In this document: positions 9,475 through 18,217 of the stretch, piece after piece | How positions within the stretch are numbered: position 1 is the first letter of the stretch | Layout of the letters: every line of letters begins with the position of its first letter | Source: a virus | Reading direction: 5' to 3' (one strand) | Virus record (IMG/VR): IMGVR_UViG_3300032245_000936 | Coordinates: 32,001-96,000 of that record | Length of the DNA: 64,000 bases | Position numbers and translations under genes: made by a program | The notes under the pieces: model-generated | Database searches by the model: none | What the model saw: only the letters and a program-made list of their open reading frames with translations | Told to the model about the DNA's origin: nothing

Positions 9475-10144
9475 GTATTGTCAACGGCTTGTTGCCGTAC
9501 TCCCAGATACTCAACCATTGCACTTGTTTGCGATGCAGTTCGTCCAGTACCATGTGCGGGAAGAAATTTACATGCGTGTCAGTTTCATGTTCTATGAATA
9601 TACCCAGCTTGTAGTTCAATGGACGAGCTCTGTTGTAGTGTACCCAGCGATTCAGCAAAGTCCAATATACCTGGCCAGTTTCATCAATGTATAGACCTTT
9701 TGCCATGTTGTTGTAGTACGGACCAAAATCAAAATCAAAACTGTTTTCAATTTGACTCAGAAGTTCTACGGTGATATCACCTATGCCAATGGACCTGCGG
9801 GTTGGAAATTCAAAAACAAAAAAGTGTTTGGTCTCTTCGACAAACTTAGGCATGCCCTTGGGTGCGCCAGAGATCACTCTGCGTATCTGGGCCAGACTCT
9901 GTTGTCCACATGGACTACCTTGCCAACCTGGAATATCCACGGCCATAGCTTTTATCAATTCTTTACGTTCTGGCTTTTTCATTTCAGCCATGATCTCTTT
10001 GACATCACCTAATACACTTAGTTCTAGTGCAGGCTTATGATAGTAAATGTTGTCATTGTGCCAAAAGAAATAGTCTAACGCACCCCATTCAAGTTTGTCA
10101 GGCAAATCAATATCAAAATCTTGTTTAAAGTCTGTGTGGATCAT
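9467..10144 (-). CDS. hypothetical protein, paralog of 6958..7776
   Basis: Shared motifs as above; ATGA overlap with the upstream desaturase. Confidence 0.7.
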   Translation of the reverse strand: MIHTDFKQDFDIDLPDKLEWGALDYFFWHNDNIYYHKPALELSVLGDVKEIMAEMKKPERKELIKAMAVDIPGWQGSPCGQQSLAQIRRVISGAPKGMPKFVEETKHFFVFEFPTRRSIGIGDITVELLSQIENSFDFDFGPYYNNMAKGLYIDETGQVYWTLLNRWVHYNRARPLNYKLGIFIEHETDTHVNFFPHMVLDELHRKQVQWLSIWEYGNKPLTIHD

Positions 10145-10896
10145 TTTTTAATCAATCTAATAACCCAGCTCGGAGGATCAAATTCCCACCACTTTTCGCC
10201 CTGACACCACTGGTATGGTTTAGCATGATGATTGTTATGCCAACCCTCACCTAGCGATAGCAGATGTGTGATCCAACTGTTACGAGCTTGATCGTGTTTG
10301 AGTTCATATGTCTTGTATCCATGATAGTGTGCAATCACAATCACAGCACTAGTAGTAAACAGACTCAAACAAGCAGGAATAGCAAACACAAACACAACCA
10401 ACAATGGATTGATCAGTGCCAGTATCAACACATAGATTGCAATAATTTCAATGTAATAATTGTGCAAGAATTTTTGAAACTTGCTACGGCGCATGTCGCG
10501 AACCAACTTGAGATCTAGTATAGCATAGTTCCAAAACCCCACCCAGGCATTGAACTTGCCCAGCACATAAGGGCTATGCGGATCTCGATTGGTTTCTGCC
10601 GCACGATGGTGCTGTCTGTGTACTGCGGTCCAGGCCATTGGGCTACCAATAATGGTCAGCACTCCCAGCACCGACAATAGATATTCAATGGGTTTGTGTG
10701 TTTCAAAACTACGATGGCTCAGCAGTCTATGGTAGCCAATATTAACACCCAGCATACACACAAACACATAGGTAAAAAAACTAACTGTTAGCCAGTGATA
10801 TTGTTCAGTGGCAAAAACATAATAAAGTCCAAATAATAAAACTAGGTGGTTGACAACTTGCAACCCTCTTACAAATTGGTTGTGTGTGATGCTCAT
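10141..10896 (-). CDS. membrane fatty-acid desaturase (delta-9/DesC-like)
   Basis: His boxes GYHRLLSHRSF, HRQHH..aet..DPHSP, GEGWHNNHH; hydrophobic segments. Confidence 0.93.
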   Translation of the reverse strand: MSITHNQFVRGLQVVNHLVLLFGLYYVFATEQYHWLTVSFFTYVFVCMLGVNIGYHRLLSHRSFETHKPIEYLLSVLGVLTIIGSPMAWTAVHRQHHRAAETNRDPHSPYVLGKFNAWVGFWNYAILDLKLVRDMRRSKFQKFLHNYYIEIIAIYVLILALINPLLVVFVFAIPACLSLFTTSAVIVIAHYHGYKTYELKHDQARNSWITHLLSLGEGWHNNHHAKPYQWCQGEKWWEFDPPSWVIRLIKK

Positions 10897-10924
10897 AATG
10901 GGAGTCCTGTTAAAAGTACATACA

Positions 10925-10945
10925 TATTTATTGCCTAGTTAAATA
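10925..10945. promoter_or_regulatory. back-to-back late-promoter-like TAAATA motifs (-, 10925-10930; +, 10940-10945)
   Basis: Located in the 53-bp gap between the divergent desaturases. Confidence 0.6.
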
Positions 10946-10949
10946 CAAA

Positions 10950-11657
10950 ATGAAATATTCAAAAACTTTGATTTCCTGGATGTTTTACCTGTTCCTGTTG
11001 ACCGTTCCACTGTGGGCAATTGGTGCCAGCTGGACTCAATTTGTCGCATGTTATCTCATGTTCTATTTGTTGTTAAATGGCATTCAGAGTTTGTTTTTGC
11101 ATCGCTGGGCCGCACACGGATCCTGGAATCCACCTGTATGGCTGCAGAACATCTTGGCTACCATTGGTGTGGCTGCATTACTAGGCACACCTATTTCATG
11201 GGCCGCATGGCATAGAACACACCATGCACACAACGACACAGAAAAAGATCCTCATAGTCCTGCCCACAAAAGTTGGTTTTACATTGTGTTTAGGCATCAC
11301 TATCACAGTGCAGAACTCAGACGAGGTATTGATCGTGCGGCTAACAAATATTTCAGATGGCTAGGCAAACACGAAATTGATATTGCTATTGGTGTGTCTT
11401 TAGTACTGTTGGTGCTACTAGGGCCAGTCTGGTTTGCAACACTCTGGGCTGTGCCTGTGGCACTTACTACATTTTGCACTAACTTAGGTGTGAATGTTCT
11501 ATGCCATACGCATGGCAAAGTTAAGAATTATCCACTGCTGTGGCCTGTGGTGTTTGACGAGTGTATGCACAAAGATCATCACGACAATCCTTCGTTGGTA
11601 AACACACCTGTTGATATTATGGCCAAAAGTGTTGTTGCACTAGGTTTGGGCAAATAA
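10950..11657 (+). CDS. membrane fatty-acid desaturase (second, divergent copy)
   Basis: His boxes HRWAAH, HRTHH.h.DtekDPHSP, HKDHH. Confidence 0.88.
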   Translation: MKYSKTLISWMFYLFLLTVPLWAIGASWTQFVACYLMFYLLLNGIQSLFLHRWAAHGSWNPPVWLQNILATIGVAALLGTPISWAAWHRTHHAHNDTEKDPHSPAHKSWFYIVFRHHYHSAELRRGIDRAANKYFRWLGKHEIDIAIGVSLVLLVLLGPVWFATLWAVPVALTTFCTNLGVNVLCHTHGKVKNYPLLWPVVFDECMHKDHHDNPSLVNTPVDIMAKSVVALGLGK

Positions 11658-11665
11658 ATATTATC

Positions 11666-12196
11666 ATGAGCCAACAACAATTCATTGACAATCTAGTAAA
11701 CAATGTAGACCAGCTGATTGAGGAATATCAGCACAACAAAGCGCAGGGTAGGAAAACATTTGCACTACCCGACTGGAGTCCAGAAAGTGTACCTGTACAA
11801 GAATGGCAGGCTGTTGCGCTCTGGTGGAAATACAAGCCCTGGGCTGTTTATCAAAAGTGGTATCCGTTTACCACTTCATTGGTCAAAGATGGTCCCACAC
11901 ACCGTGCAACAGGTCACTTGATTCTTAAACCGCAGTCCAAGACTCCTAAGCACCGGCACCTAGACTGGGGCAACAAGATTATCCTACACATTCCACTGAT
12001 CATTCCCAAAGGTGATGTTGGATTCTGGATTGATGGTAAAATACATCGATGGAAAGTAGGCGAAGCCTTCGCCTTTGACATTACCAAGGAACACTATGGT
12101 TTCAACAACACTGATCAAGAACGTGTGTTGTTGGTTATGGAATTTGATGCAGAGCTATGGGGCGATACTCTTAGGCAGTACCAGACTCTAGATTGA
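11666..12196 (+). CDS. aspartyl/asparaginyl beta-hydroxylase-like Fe(II)/2OG dioxygenase
   Basis: L.P.s..pkH, LHIPLIIP, W..GE.F.FD.t..H...N....RV.L..; TAAATA at 11655-11660. Confidence 0.85.
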   Translation: MSQQQFIDNLVNNVDQLIEEYQHNKAQGRKTFALPDWSPESVPVQEWQAVALWWKYKPWAVYQKWYPFTTSLVKDGPTHRATGHLILKPQSKTPKHRHLDWGNKIILHIPLIIPKGDVGFWIDGKIHRWKVGEAFAFDITKEHYGFNNTDQERVLLVMEFDAELWGDTLRQYQTLD

Positions 12197-13016
12197 TTTT
12201 TCGCATACGATTAAAGTATTCAACTTTTTCACGTATTTTGTTGTACTTAGGGTCGCTGATCAAGTGCTCGTGCCAGAAGTAAACATTCTTTAATTCATCA
12301 TCAGTAAACTTGGCAACAGGCGTGTACCATTCACCAATTTGATATTTTTGTACAGGGCGAATAGCACCAGTATCCTCGTGGTAGATTTTGTCTACAATAT
12401 ATTCTTCTAGATAGTATTCGCCTGTTTGCGCTCGCACAGCCAACCAATCTGGATCATGTGCTCCGTTTAGAATCTCTGCAACACCTTTCCACCAGCGTTG
12501 ATAAAATCCACTGTCTTTGCGGGTGATCATGAATCCTGTGTCAAACGGATTGTCCCAACCAGGTTCCAGTGTGCGTTGTTGTTTTGTACAGTAATCATCA
12601 TATTGACCGCAAACTGTTTGTCCACAGTTTACCAACGCCTCGGGCAATGGCTGAATAAGATTCATGTCTAGATCAATCTTAATAAGAACATCAACATCCA
12701 ATCGTTGTTCAAACAACATGCCCACGTAGGGAATGTTTAAAAAACCACTGGTAAAAGTTTCAGTGACAGGATGATATTCTTCAATGTATTCTACATTTAT
12801 TGCTTTGAGTTGATCAATGGTATCTTGACTAATAGTGTTGTGTGTTGGGCACAGAACATATATTGGAATGTCTTTTAACCATCCACCATTTTTGCGCCAG
12901 GCCTCAAAACACAAAATAGCTTCGTCTTCGAACTTTCTTTCAAACTGTACAATGTTCAATTGATTATTCAAGTTCCTGTTGTTGCCTTCAATGGCTGCTA
13001 CCAGTGCATACTTCAT
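12171..13016 (-). CDS. putative GT-A fold glycosyltransferase
   Basis: DxD motif (kIDLDm), fdTGFM, and an N-terminal R..GG.L.D.PI segment. ATG at 13016 overlaps the upstream stop (ATGA). Confidence 0.6.
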   Translation of the reverse strand: MKYALVAAIEGNNRNLNNQLNIVQFERKFEDEAILCFEAWRKNGGWLKDIPIYVLCPTHNTISQDTIDQLKAINVEYIEEYHPVTETFTSGFLNIPYVGMLFEQRLDVDVLIKIDLDMNLIQPLPEALVNCGQTVCGQYDDYCTKQQRTLEPGWDNPFDTGFMITRKDSGFYQRWWKGVAEILNGAHDPDWLAVRAQTGEYYLEEYIVDKIYHEDTGAIRPVQKYQIGEWYTPVAKFTDDELKNVYFWHEHLISDPKYNKIREKVEYFNRMRKINLESGTA

Positions 13017-13627
13017 ATAGAGTACTCCTTGAGACAAGGAATATCTCTGGCATCAGGGTATGCTTGCCATGCCCCAATCTTGTAGTCCTGCGTTAGCTGA
13101 TTCAACAGTAATATACCTTTGGCTGCTTCGTCGGGGCTCATGTTCATATGATATCCTAGAGTGATATGCTCCATCTCACTGGCAACTCCTAGCGAGCTAT
13201 CTCTACCATCATGTCGCATACGCTTTAGTGCTTGGTACATTGTATGATCGTCAAGCAGTATTGCTCCACCTTTACCAATTGGCAAACTTTTCTTCTGCTG
13301 GAAACTCAAGCACTGAACTTCGCCAGCACGATACATATTGGGTCTAAACCCCACAGCGTAGTCATACACGTTGGTATTGCCAATTTGATAACTGCCAACC
13401 CATTCTTTATATTCTAACCACACATTGTAGCCATAGTTAATCAGTGTCATGGGAACACTGATGTATGTGTGTGCAGGCAATACTATTTTGGCTTTGCGTT
13501 TCTTTTGATATTCCAATGCCAACAGTATTGCATTGGTACAGCGATCCACTGCCACAGCATAAGGAGCCCCTGTGTACTCGCATAAACGTTGTTCAAATAG
13601 TTCAATAAAATCGTTGTTGTTTTTCAT
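13013..13627 (-). CDS. DegT/DnrJ/StrS-family PLP sugar aminotransferase, short form
   Basis: FE..L..Y.G..YAVAV..CT.A, lSFq.kK.L.iG.GGAIL, GY...M....AA.G. Only 204 aa. Confidence 0.85.
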   Translation of the reverse strand: MKNNNDFIELFEQRLCEYTGAPYAVAVDRCTNAILLALEYQKKRKAKIVLPAHTYISVPMTLINYGYNVWLEYKEWVGSYQIGNTNVYDYAVGFRPNMYRAGEVQCLSFQQKKSLPIGKGGAILLDDHTMYQALKRMRHDGRDSSLGVASEMEHITLGYHMNMSPDEAAKGILLLNQLTQDYKIGAWQAYPDARDIPCLKEYSI

Positions 13628-14535
13628 ATGATGTAACGTAGGTCCTTTTTGTTGCAGAGGTCAACTACTGCTCTATCACAATACTTACACACATCATACT
13701 GCATGTTCAAAATTTTATCATAGTCCCCGTCCCAGGGTTTACCCTTGCTGGCTTCTAAAAATAGATAGCATGGATACACCTTGCCATGAATGTCCACTTG
13801 TTGACTTTTGTTTTCCCAGCTCATGCAATAGGCTTTGCCTTTCACTGGACTAGCATACTTGGCTCGAGCAAATTTGTCCATTTGTTCGTAGTCTTGTAGT
13901 TTATGCGGGTTTGGGCGCAGACGTTCAATACCAGAAGTGTCCACGTAGTTGCTTTTGTCTTTGAGCAAAAAGGTTTCAGTCCAATACACATGACTAAACT
14001 CGCTTACCATTTGTTGAAACTCAGGTCCATCAAAATCATCACTGTTGTAATGAAAGCGAATACATTGTGCATAATCGTTTTTGTTTGCGCCACGGAACGC
14101 ACGAGCATTGTCAAGTATGTTTTTTAATTTGGTGTTCTTGCGATACACCTCATGCAGTTCTTGTGTGCTACCGCAGATGCTAAAGTAAACTCTATCATCA
14201 TCTCTCATAAGGGTTGAAAGTTCTGCCCACCATTCAGGCTTGTGCGTATCTCCATTGGTACAAATTTCAATTCGTACATTACGTGCCTTGATGTATCGTA
14301 CAAGCTCAAAAAAATGTTTATACAATGTTGGCTCGCTTATGGTGCCAACAAGCCTGACCCATACTAGATCTGGAAATGTTTCCAACTGTGCAATTACGTC
14401 AGCAATAGGACGCACCAGGTTGTCTGGATAATGCTCTTGGTATACAGTATAGTTTCTGTAACATAACTGACATTGTGCATTACAGAGAGTGGTGAGCTCT
14501 AACTCAATGTCTTCAACTCGAGGCATGGTCAGCAT
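13624..14535 (-). CDS. radical SAM enzyme, trio A, C-terminal twitch-like Cys motif
   Basis: CNAQCQLC; GtiSEPT; TNG; C..G.VYPC..CKYC. Confidence 0.9.
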   Translation of the reverse strand: MLTMPRVEDIELELTTLCNAQCQLCYRNYTVYQEHYPDNLVRPIADVIAQLETFPDLVWVRLVGTISEPTLYKHFFELVRYIKARNVRIEICTNGDTHKPEWWAELSTLMRDDDRVYFSICGSTQELHEVYRKNTKLKNILDNARAFRGANKNDYAQCIRFHYNSDDFDGPEFQQMVSEFSHVYWTETFLLKDKSNYVDTSGIERLRPNPHKLQDYEQMDKFARAKYASPVKGKAYCMSWENKSQQVDIHGKVYPCYLFLEASKGKPWDGDYDKILNMQYDVCKYCDRAVVDLCNKKDLRYII

Positions 14536-15443
14536 ACAAAATCCAGTCCCATTTTTTCTATAAAAGTGCGTGTTCGTTTTTCACACAAGAAACAGTCAGG
14601 AAACTTGAATTTCAAGATGTCGCTATAATCAAAGTCTTCTTCTGCAAAGTAATCTTGTTCAAACTCTGCATGTACATAACAAGCACTTACTTGTCCATAC
14701 TGGTTGATATACACTTTCTTTTGTTCTAGACTGCGGCACTGAATATCATAGGTGTTGCCATCGTCTGGTAGTGGACGATTTGCAAACAGTTGTTTAATAG
14801 TCTTATCTCGCACTGCCATTGGTTTTACATTGATAGGGAATTTCTTTTCATAGTCATTCTTACGTCGGACCCCTTCAGTTTCAACATACATTATGTTAGA
14901 GAACTCGTTGATTATTTGTTGCATTTCAGCTGACTTTAAGTCTTCGCTATTATACTCAAATCGTATATGTTGCATCCAGTCGTTACCTAGACCATTTTTA
15001 CGCACTGCTCTTGCATGTTCAATAATTTGTTGTAGATCACTGCCCACACGATATATTTCATGTAGCTGTTGTGTGCTACCACAGATGGTAAATGCTACCA
15101 TACATTTTTTAGGTATGCGTTTACCCAGTGCCTCCCACCATTTTGCATCGTGAGTGTTGCCGTTGGTAAACAACTCGTAGTAAATATCACGACTGTTCAG
15201 GTAATCAATGAACTCATCAAAGTATTTGTACATTGTGGGCTCGCTTACTGCACCTGCAATAAAGAAACGTTTGAGTCCTGTATATTGATCTAATTGTTTA
15301 ATTACTTCCTCAATTGGTCGTATATTCTTGCCAACTAGATGTTGTGCGTGTGAATAATTGCGAGTGCATAACGGACACTCTAAATTGCACAGACCAGTCA
15401 GGTCCATTTCAATTTCTTCAATCTCAGACTTCTTAACTATCAT
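14529..15443 (-). CDS. radical SAM enzyme, trio A
   Basis: CNLECPLC; GavSEPT; TNGNTH; C..GQVSAC..CFLC. Start 15443 inferred from ATGA overlap. Confidence 0.9.
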   Translation of the reverse strand: MIVKKSEIEEIEMDLTGLCNLECPLCTRNYSHAQHLVGKNIRPIEEVIKQLDQYTGLKRFFIAGAVSEPTMYKYFDEFIDYLNSRDIYYELFTNGNTHDAKWWEALGKRIPKKCMVAFTICGSTQQLHEIYRVGSDLQQIIEHARAVRKNGLGNDWMQHIRFEYNSEDLKSAEMQQIINEFSNIMYVETEGVRRKNDYEKKFPINVKPMAVRDKTIKQLFANRPLPDDGNTYDIQCRSLEQKKVYINQYGQVSACYVHAEFEQDYFAEEDFDYSDILKFKFPDCFLCEKRTRTFIEKMGLDFVC

Positions 15444-16354
15444 ACCATTCGCTCCATACCGTTGCGTTCTAGTATACTGGTTGTCATGCTTTCGCACTCG
15501 TAACAGAAGTCAAATTCAAACTTGTGAATCTCAGAGTAGTCATTGTGATCAAACGGGGTCTTCTTGTACACCCGATACAAGAAGCAAGGAAACTCTTCTC
15601 CAAATTGGTTTATGCTCAAAAACTTTGTTTCGTAACTTTTGCAACGCATCTTACAACTTGCACCATTGGCATGTCTTTTTAAGATGCTGTTTTTTATTGT
15701 GTTATATTTTTCGCCGAGCTTGCCGTGCATCTTGATTGCTGTGTCTTCTTTGATAATTCCAAACCGCTCTTGGTATGGACTAGAATCAATCAACCATGGA
15801 TTGCTAAACTCTGCGATAATTGCCTTCATTGCATCAGACTCAAGATCTTTTGCATTATATTCAAATCGTATATGCTGGCACCAATCATTACACTTGCCGC
15901 TTTGACGAAATGCTGTTGCATGATCACGTATCTGTTGCAGACTACTGTTAACACGATATACTTCATGTAGCTCTTGTGTGCTACCACAGATAGTAAAGTA
16001 AACTCTATCTGTTGCCGCAAAGATATCACCCAATGCTTTCCACCACTCTGGCTTGTGCGTATTACCGTTTGTATACAGTTCAATTTTAATACCTCGGCCC
16101 ACTAGATATTTTACCAGTGGAACAAAGTCTTTGTACATGGTAGGTTCGCTAACGCTGCCGGCCATGCAAACAAATTTCAGGTTAGGAAATGTGTCAAGTT
16201 GGGTTATCCATTCATCAACAGGTCTGATATTCTTCTGCACTAGATGTTGTGCATTTTCATATGATCGTAGACAGAGAGGGCAGTCTAGGTTACAGGTGCC
16301 TGTAAGCTCTAGCTCAACTTCAAGTATTTCTGCTCTGTCTAATCCTAGTTTCAT
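15440..16354 (-). CDS. radical SAM enzyme, trio A
   Basis: CNLDCPLC; GsvSEPT; TNGNTH; C..GEEFPC..CYEC. Confidence 0.9.
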   Translation of the reverse strand: MKLGLDRAEILEVELELTGTCNLDCPLCLRSYENAQHLVQKNIRPVDEWITQLDTFPNLKFVCMAGSVSEPTMYKDFVPLVKYLVGRGIKIELYTNGNTHKPEWWKALGDIFAATDRVYFTICGSTQELHEVYRVNSSLQQIRDHATAFRQSGKCNDWCQHIRFEYNAKDLESDAMKAIIAEFSNPWLIDSSPYQERFGIIKEDTAIKMHGKLGEKYNTIKNSILKRHANGASCKMRCKSYETKFLSINQFGEEFPCFLYRVYKKTPFDHNDYSEIHKFEFDFCYECESMTTSILERNGMERMV

Positions 16355-16965
16355 AGATAAATTATGCTGTTAAAATCTTTTTCTTTAAAAACACGCTTGA
16401 TTGAGTCTGGCGTCATGCGTTTATGATACATGGTCAACATGCGATGCTTGTTACTATTACTTAACGTCGGACCTGATATACCCAATGGCATTGTAGCGGC
16501 AACCAAATTGAACTGTATGTCAGGGTACTTATCCAAAAATGTGCCCAAACGATCAAAGTTTAAATCTGTGACAATCAGTAGGTACTGCAAATTTATAGTA
16601 GCATCAATGATAATATCGTCATCTAAATTGATGTCTTCACTGCAATGATATAGTATGGTATCAAAACGAGGCAGTAAATCGCGATAGCGTTTGATAAACA
16701 ATCCGTTGGTATTGATACTAGGGCGGCAACCTTTTGCCTCCAATGCGTCTAGTATGTAAACAATGTCCTCACGTTTCATTGTACCAACTTCGCCACCGCT
16801 GAGTGTTACATTATAGCCAGGTATTATTTTATCTATTTTTTCTTTAACCTGATCCATGCCAAGTTTAGGACGATTGTGTGTGTCCACACAGCAATAGTTA
16901 CAATGCCATTGGCATACCCATGTAACCACAAGTTCAATTTCTTTTTCTTTTGCTTGTATTGCCAT
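16351..16965 (-). CDS. short radical SAM enzyme, trio B
   Basis: CQWHCNYC; SGGE; NTNG; YHCSE. Start 16965 inferred from TGATG overlap. Confidence 0.88.
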   Translation of the reverse strand: MAIQAKEKEIELVVTWVCQWHCNYCCVDTHNRPKLGMDQVKEKIDKIIPGYNVTLSGGEVGTMKREDIVYILDALEAKGCRPSINTNGLFIKRYRDLLPRFDTILYHCSEDINLDDDIIIDATINLQYLLIVTDLNFDRLGTFLDKYPDIQFNLVAATMPLGISGPTLSNSNKHRMLTMYHKRMTPDSIKRVFKEKDFNSIIYL

Positions 16966-17546
16966 CAGTGCCACCTTGCCACAACTGTAACAAACTCATC
17001 CAGGCTATATGGATGAACCTTGTGCCCGTGTTGGTTGAAGAAGTCCATCATTAGATTCAAACTAATCTTGCGTTGACTACGTACATCAGGCAACAACAAG
17101 AACTTGATATGAGGATACTTCTCTATCATTTTATGTATGCTTCCATCCAGGAAGTTTGTATTGGTTACTACCAATGCGTAGAACACATGATCTAATTCTA
17201 AATTAGGAAACTCTATGTCGTCGGGCAGATACTCCACGCAATGATAATGTATCTTTCCAAACTCATGTACCAATGGCATGTGTTGCCTGAAGAACAACCC
17301 GTTTGTCAACAGGTCAATTATACAGTTCTTGTCCTTGAGCAGTTTTATTATCAACTCCAACTGCTCACGTTTCAGTAACCCAGGCTCTCCTCCGCCAAAC
17401 GTGACCTCTGTGTCGGGTTCAATGGCCTTTACCCTGCGTAGTACTTCTTCAAAAGGCAGCTCTGGTTGGTTGTGTATATCTGCAACACAATAGTCACAGT
17501 GCCAGTTGCACTTGTTGGTTAAAGGCAATTCAATTTCTTTTTTCAT
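16965..17546 (-). CDS. short radical SAM enzyme, trio B
   Basis: CNWHCDYC; GGGEPG; LTNG; YHCVE. Start 17546 inferred from ATGA overlap. Confidence 0.88.
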   Translation of the reverse strand: MKKEIELPLTNKCNWHCDYCVADIHNQPELPFEEVLRRVKAIEPDTEVTFGGGEPGLLKREQLELIIKLLKDKNCIIDLLTNGLFFRQHMPLVHEFGKIHYHCVEYLPDDIEFPNLELDHVFYALVVTNTNFLDGSIHKMIEKYPHIKFLLLPDVRSQRKISLNLMMDFFNQHGHKVHPYSLDEFVTVVARWH

Positions 17547-18217
17547 CTCAATGCCTTTAACTTGCGGATATTGTTTACTTCCCAGCAACTGGTAATCAAA
17601 TGTAGATAGCTGTCAGGTGCAATACGATCTTTATACTGATTATATACTTTGAATCCATTGGCTCTGCTCAATCCTTTGCCAATTACATTATCTGCTCCAA
17701 ATACTAAAAATCTGATATCCGGATATTGATTGATATAAAAGTCCAAACGGTGCATGGTATCATCTGTGATTACCAATTGAAAATCAATTTTGGATATATC
17801 AACGTGCTCAGGAATCCAAATGTCATCATTGTCTAAATGTTCACTACAGTGATATAAAAAACTGTCTGGGATATGGCATAGATTTTTGTGTTTTTTAAAA
17901 AATGTTCCATTGGTGTTTACATTAACAAAGCATCCTTTATTCTTTAACTCTGTTAACACCCATTCCATAACAGCATGATCAATGAGCCCTGGCTCGCCAC
18001 CAGTTAATGCAACATCACTGTTTCCTGGTATTGCTTCAACTTTTTGTTTTATGTCATGATAGGTTACATCAGCTCTGTTGTGTGTGTCCTCAGAGCAGTA
18101 GTCGCAGAACCAATTACACTTATAGGTTAGGTACAAGGTATAACTGTTAGCTCCATCAAGTCCTCCTTGAAAGAATTCATAGTTGTCGTGCTTTACTCTT
18201 GGCAATTGATTGCTCAT
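17543..18217 (-). CDS. short radical SAM enzyme, trio B
   Basis: CNWFCDYC; TGGEPG; NTNG; YHCSE. Confidence 0.88.
   Translation of the reverse strand: MSNQLPRVKHDNYEFFQGGLDGANSYTLYLTYKCNWFCDYCSEDTHNRADVTYHDIKQKVEAIPGNSDVALTGGEPGLIDHAVMEWVLTELKNKGCFVNVNTNGTFFKKHKNLCHIPDSFLYHCSEHLDNDDIWIPEHVDISKIDFQLVITDDTMHRLDFYINQYPDIRFLVFGADNVIGKGLSRANGFKVYNQYKDRIAPDSYLHLITSCWEVNNIRKLKALR

Noticed and set aside
8401-18217. 7-deazaguanine/archaeosine DNA-modification pathway (QueE-like rSAM plus amidinotransferase)
   Set aside because: No FolE, QueD, QueC or DpdA is recognisable in the window. The amidinotransferase is the Arg-dependent AGAT/StrB1 type, not ArcS/QueF-like. Genes outside the window cannot be excluded.
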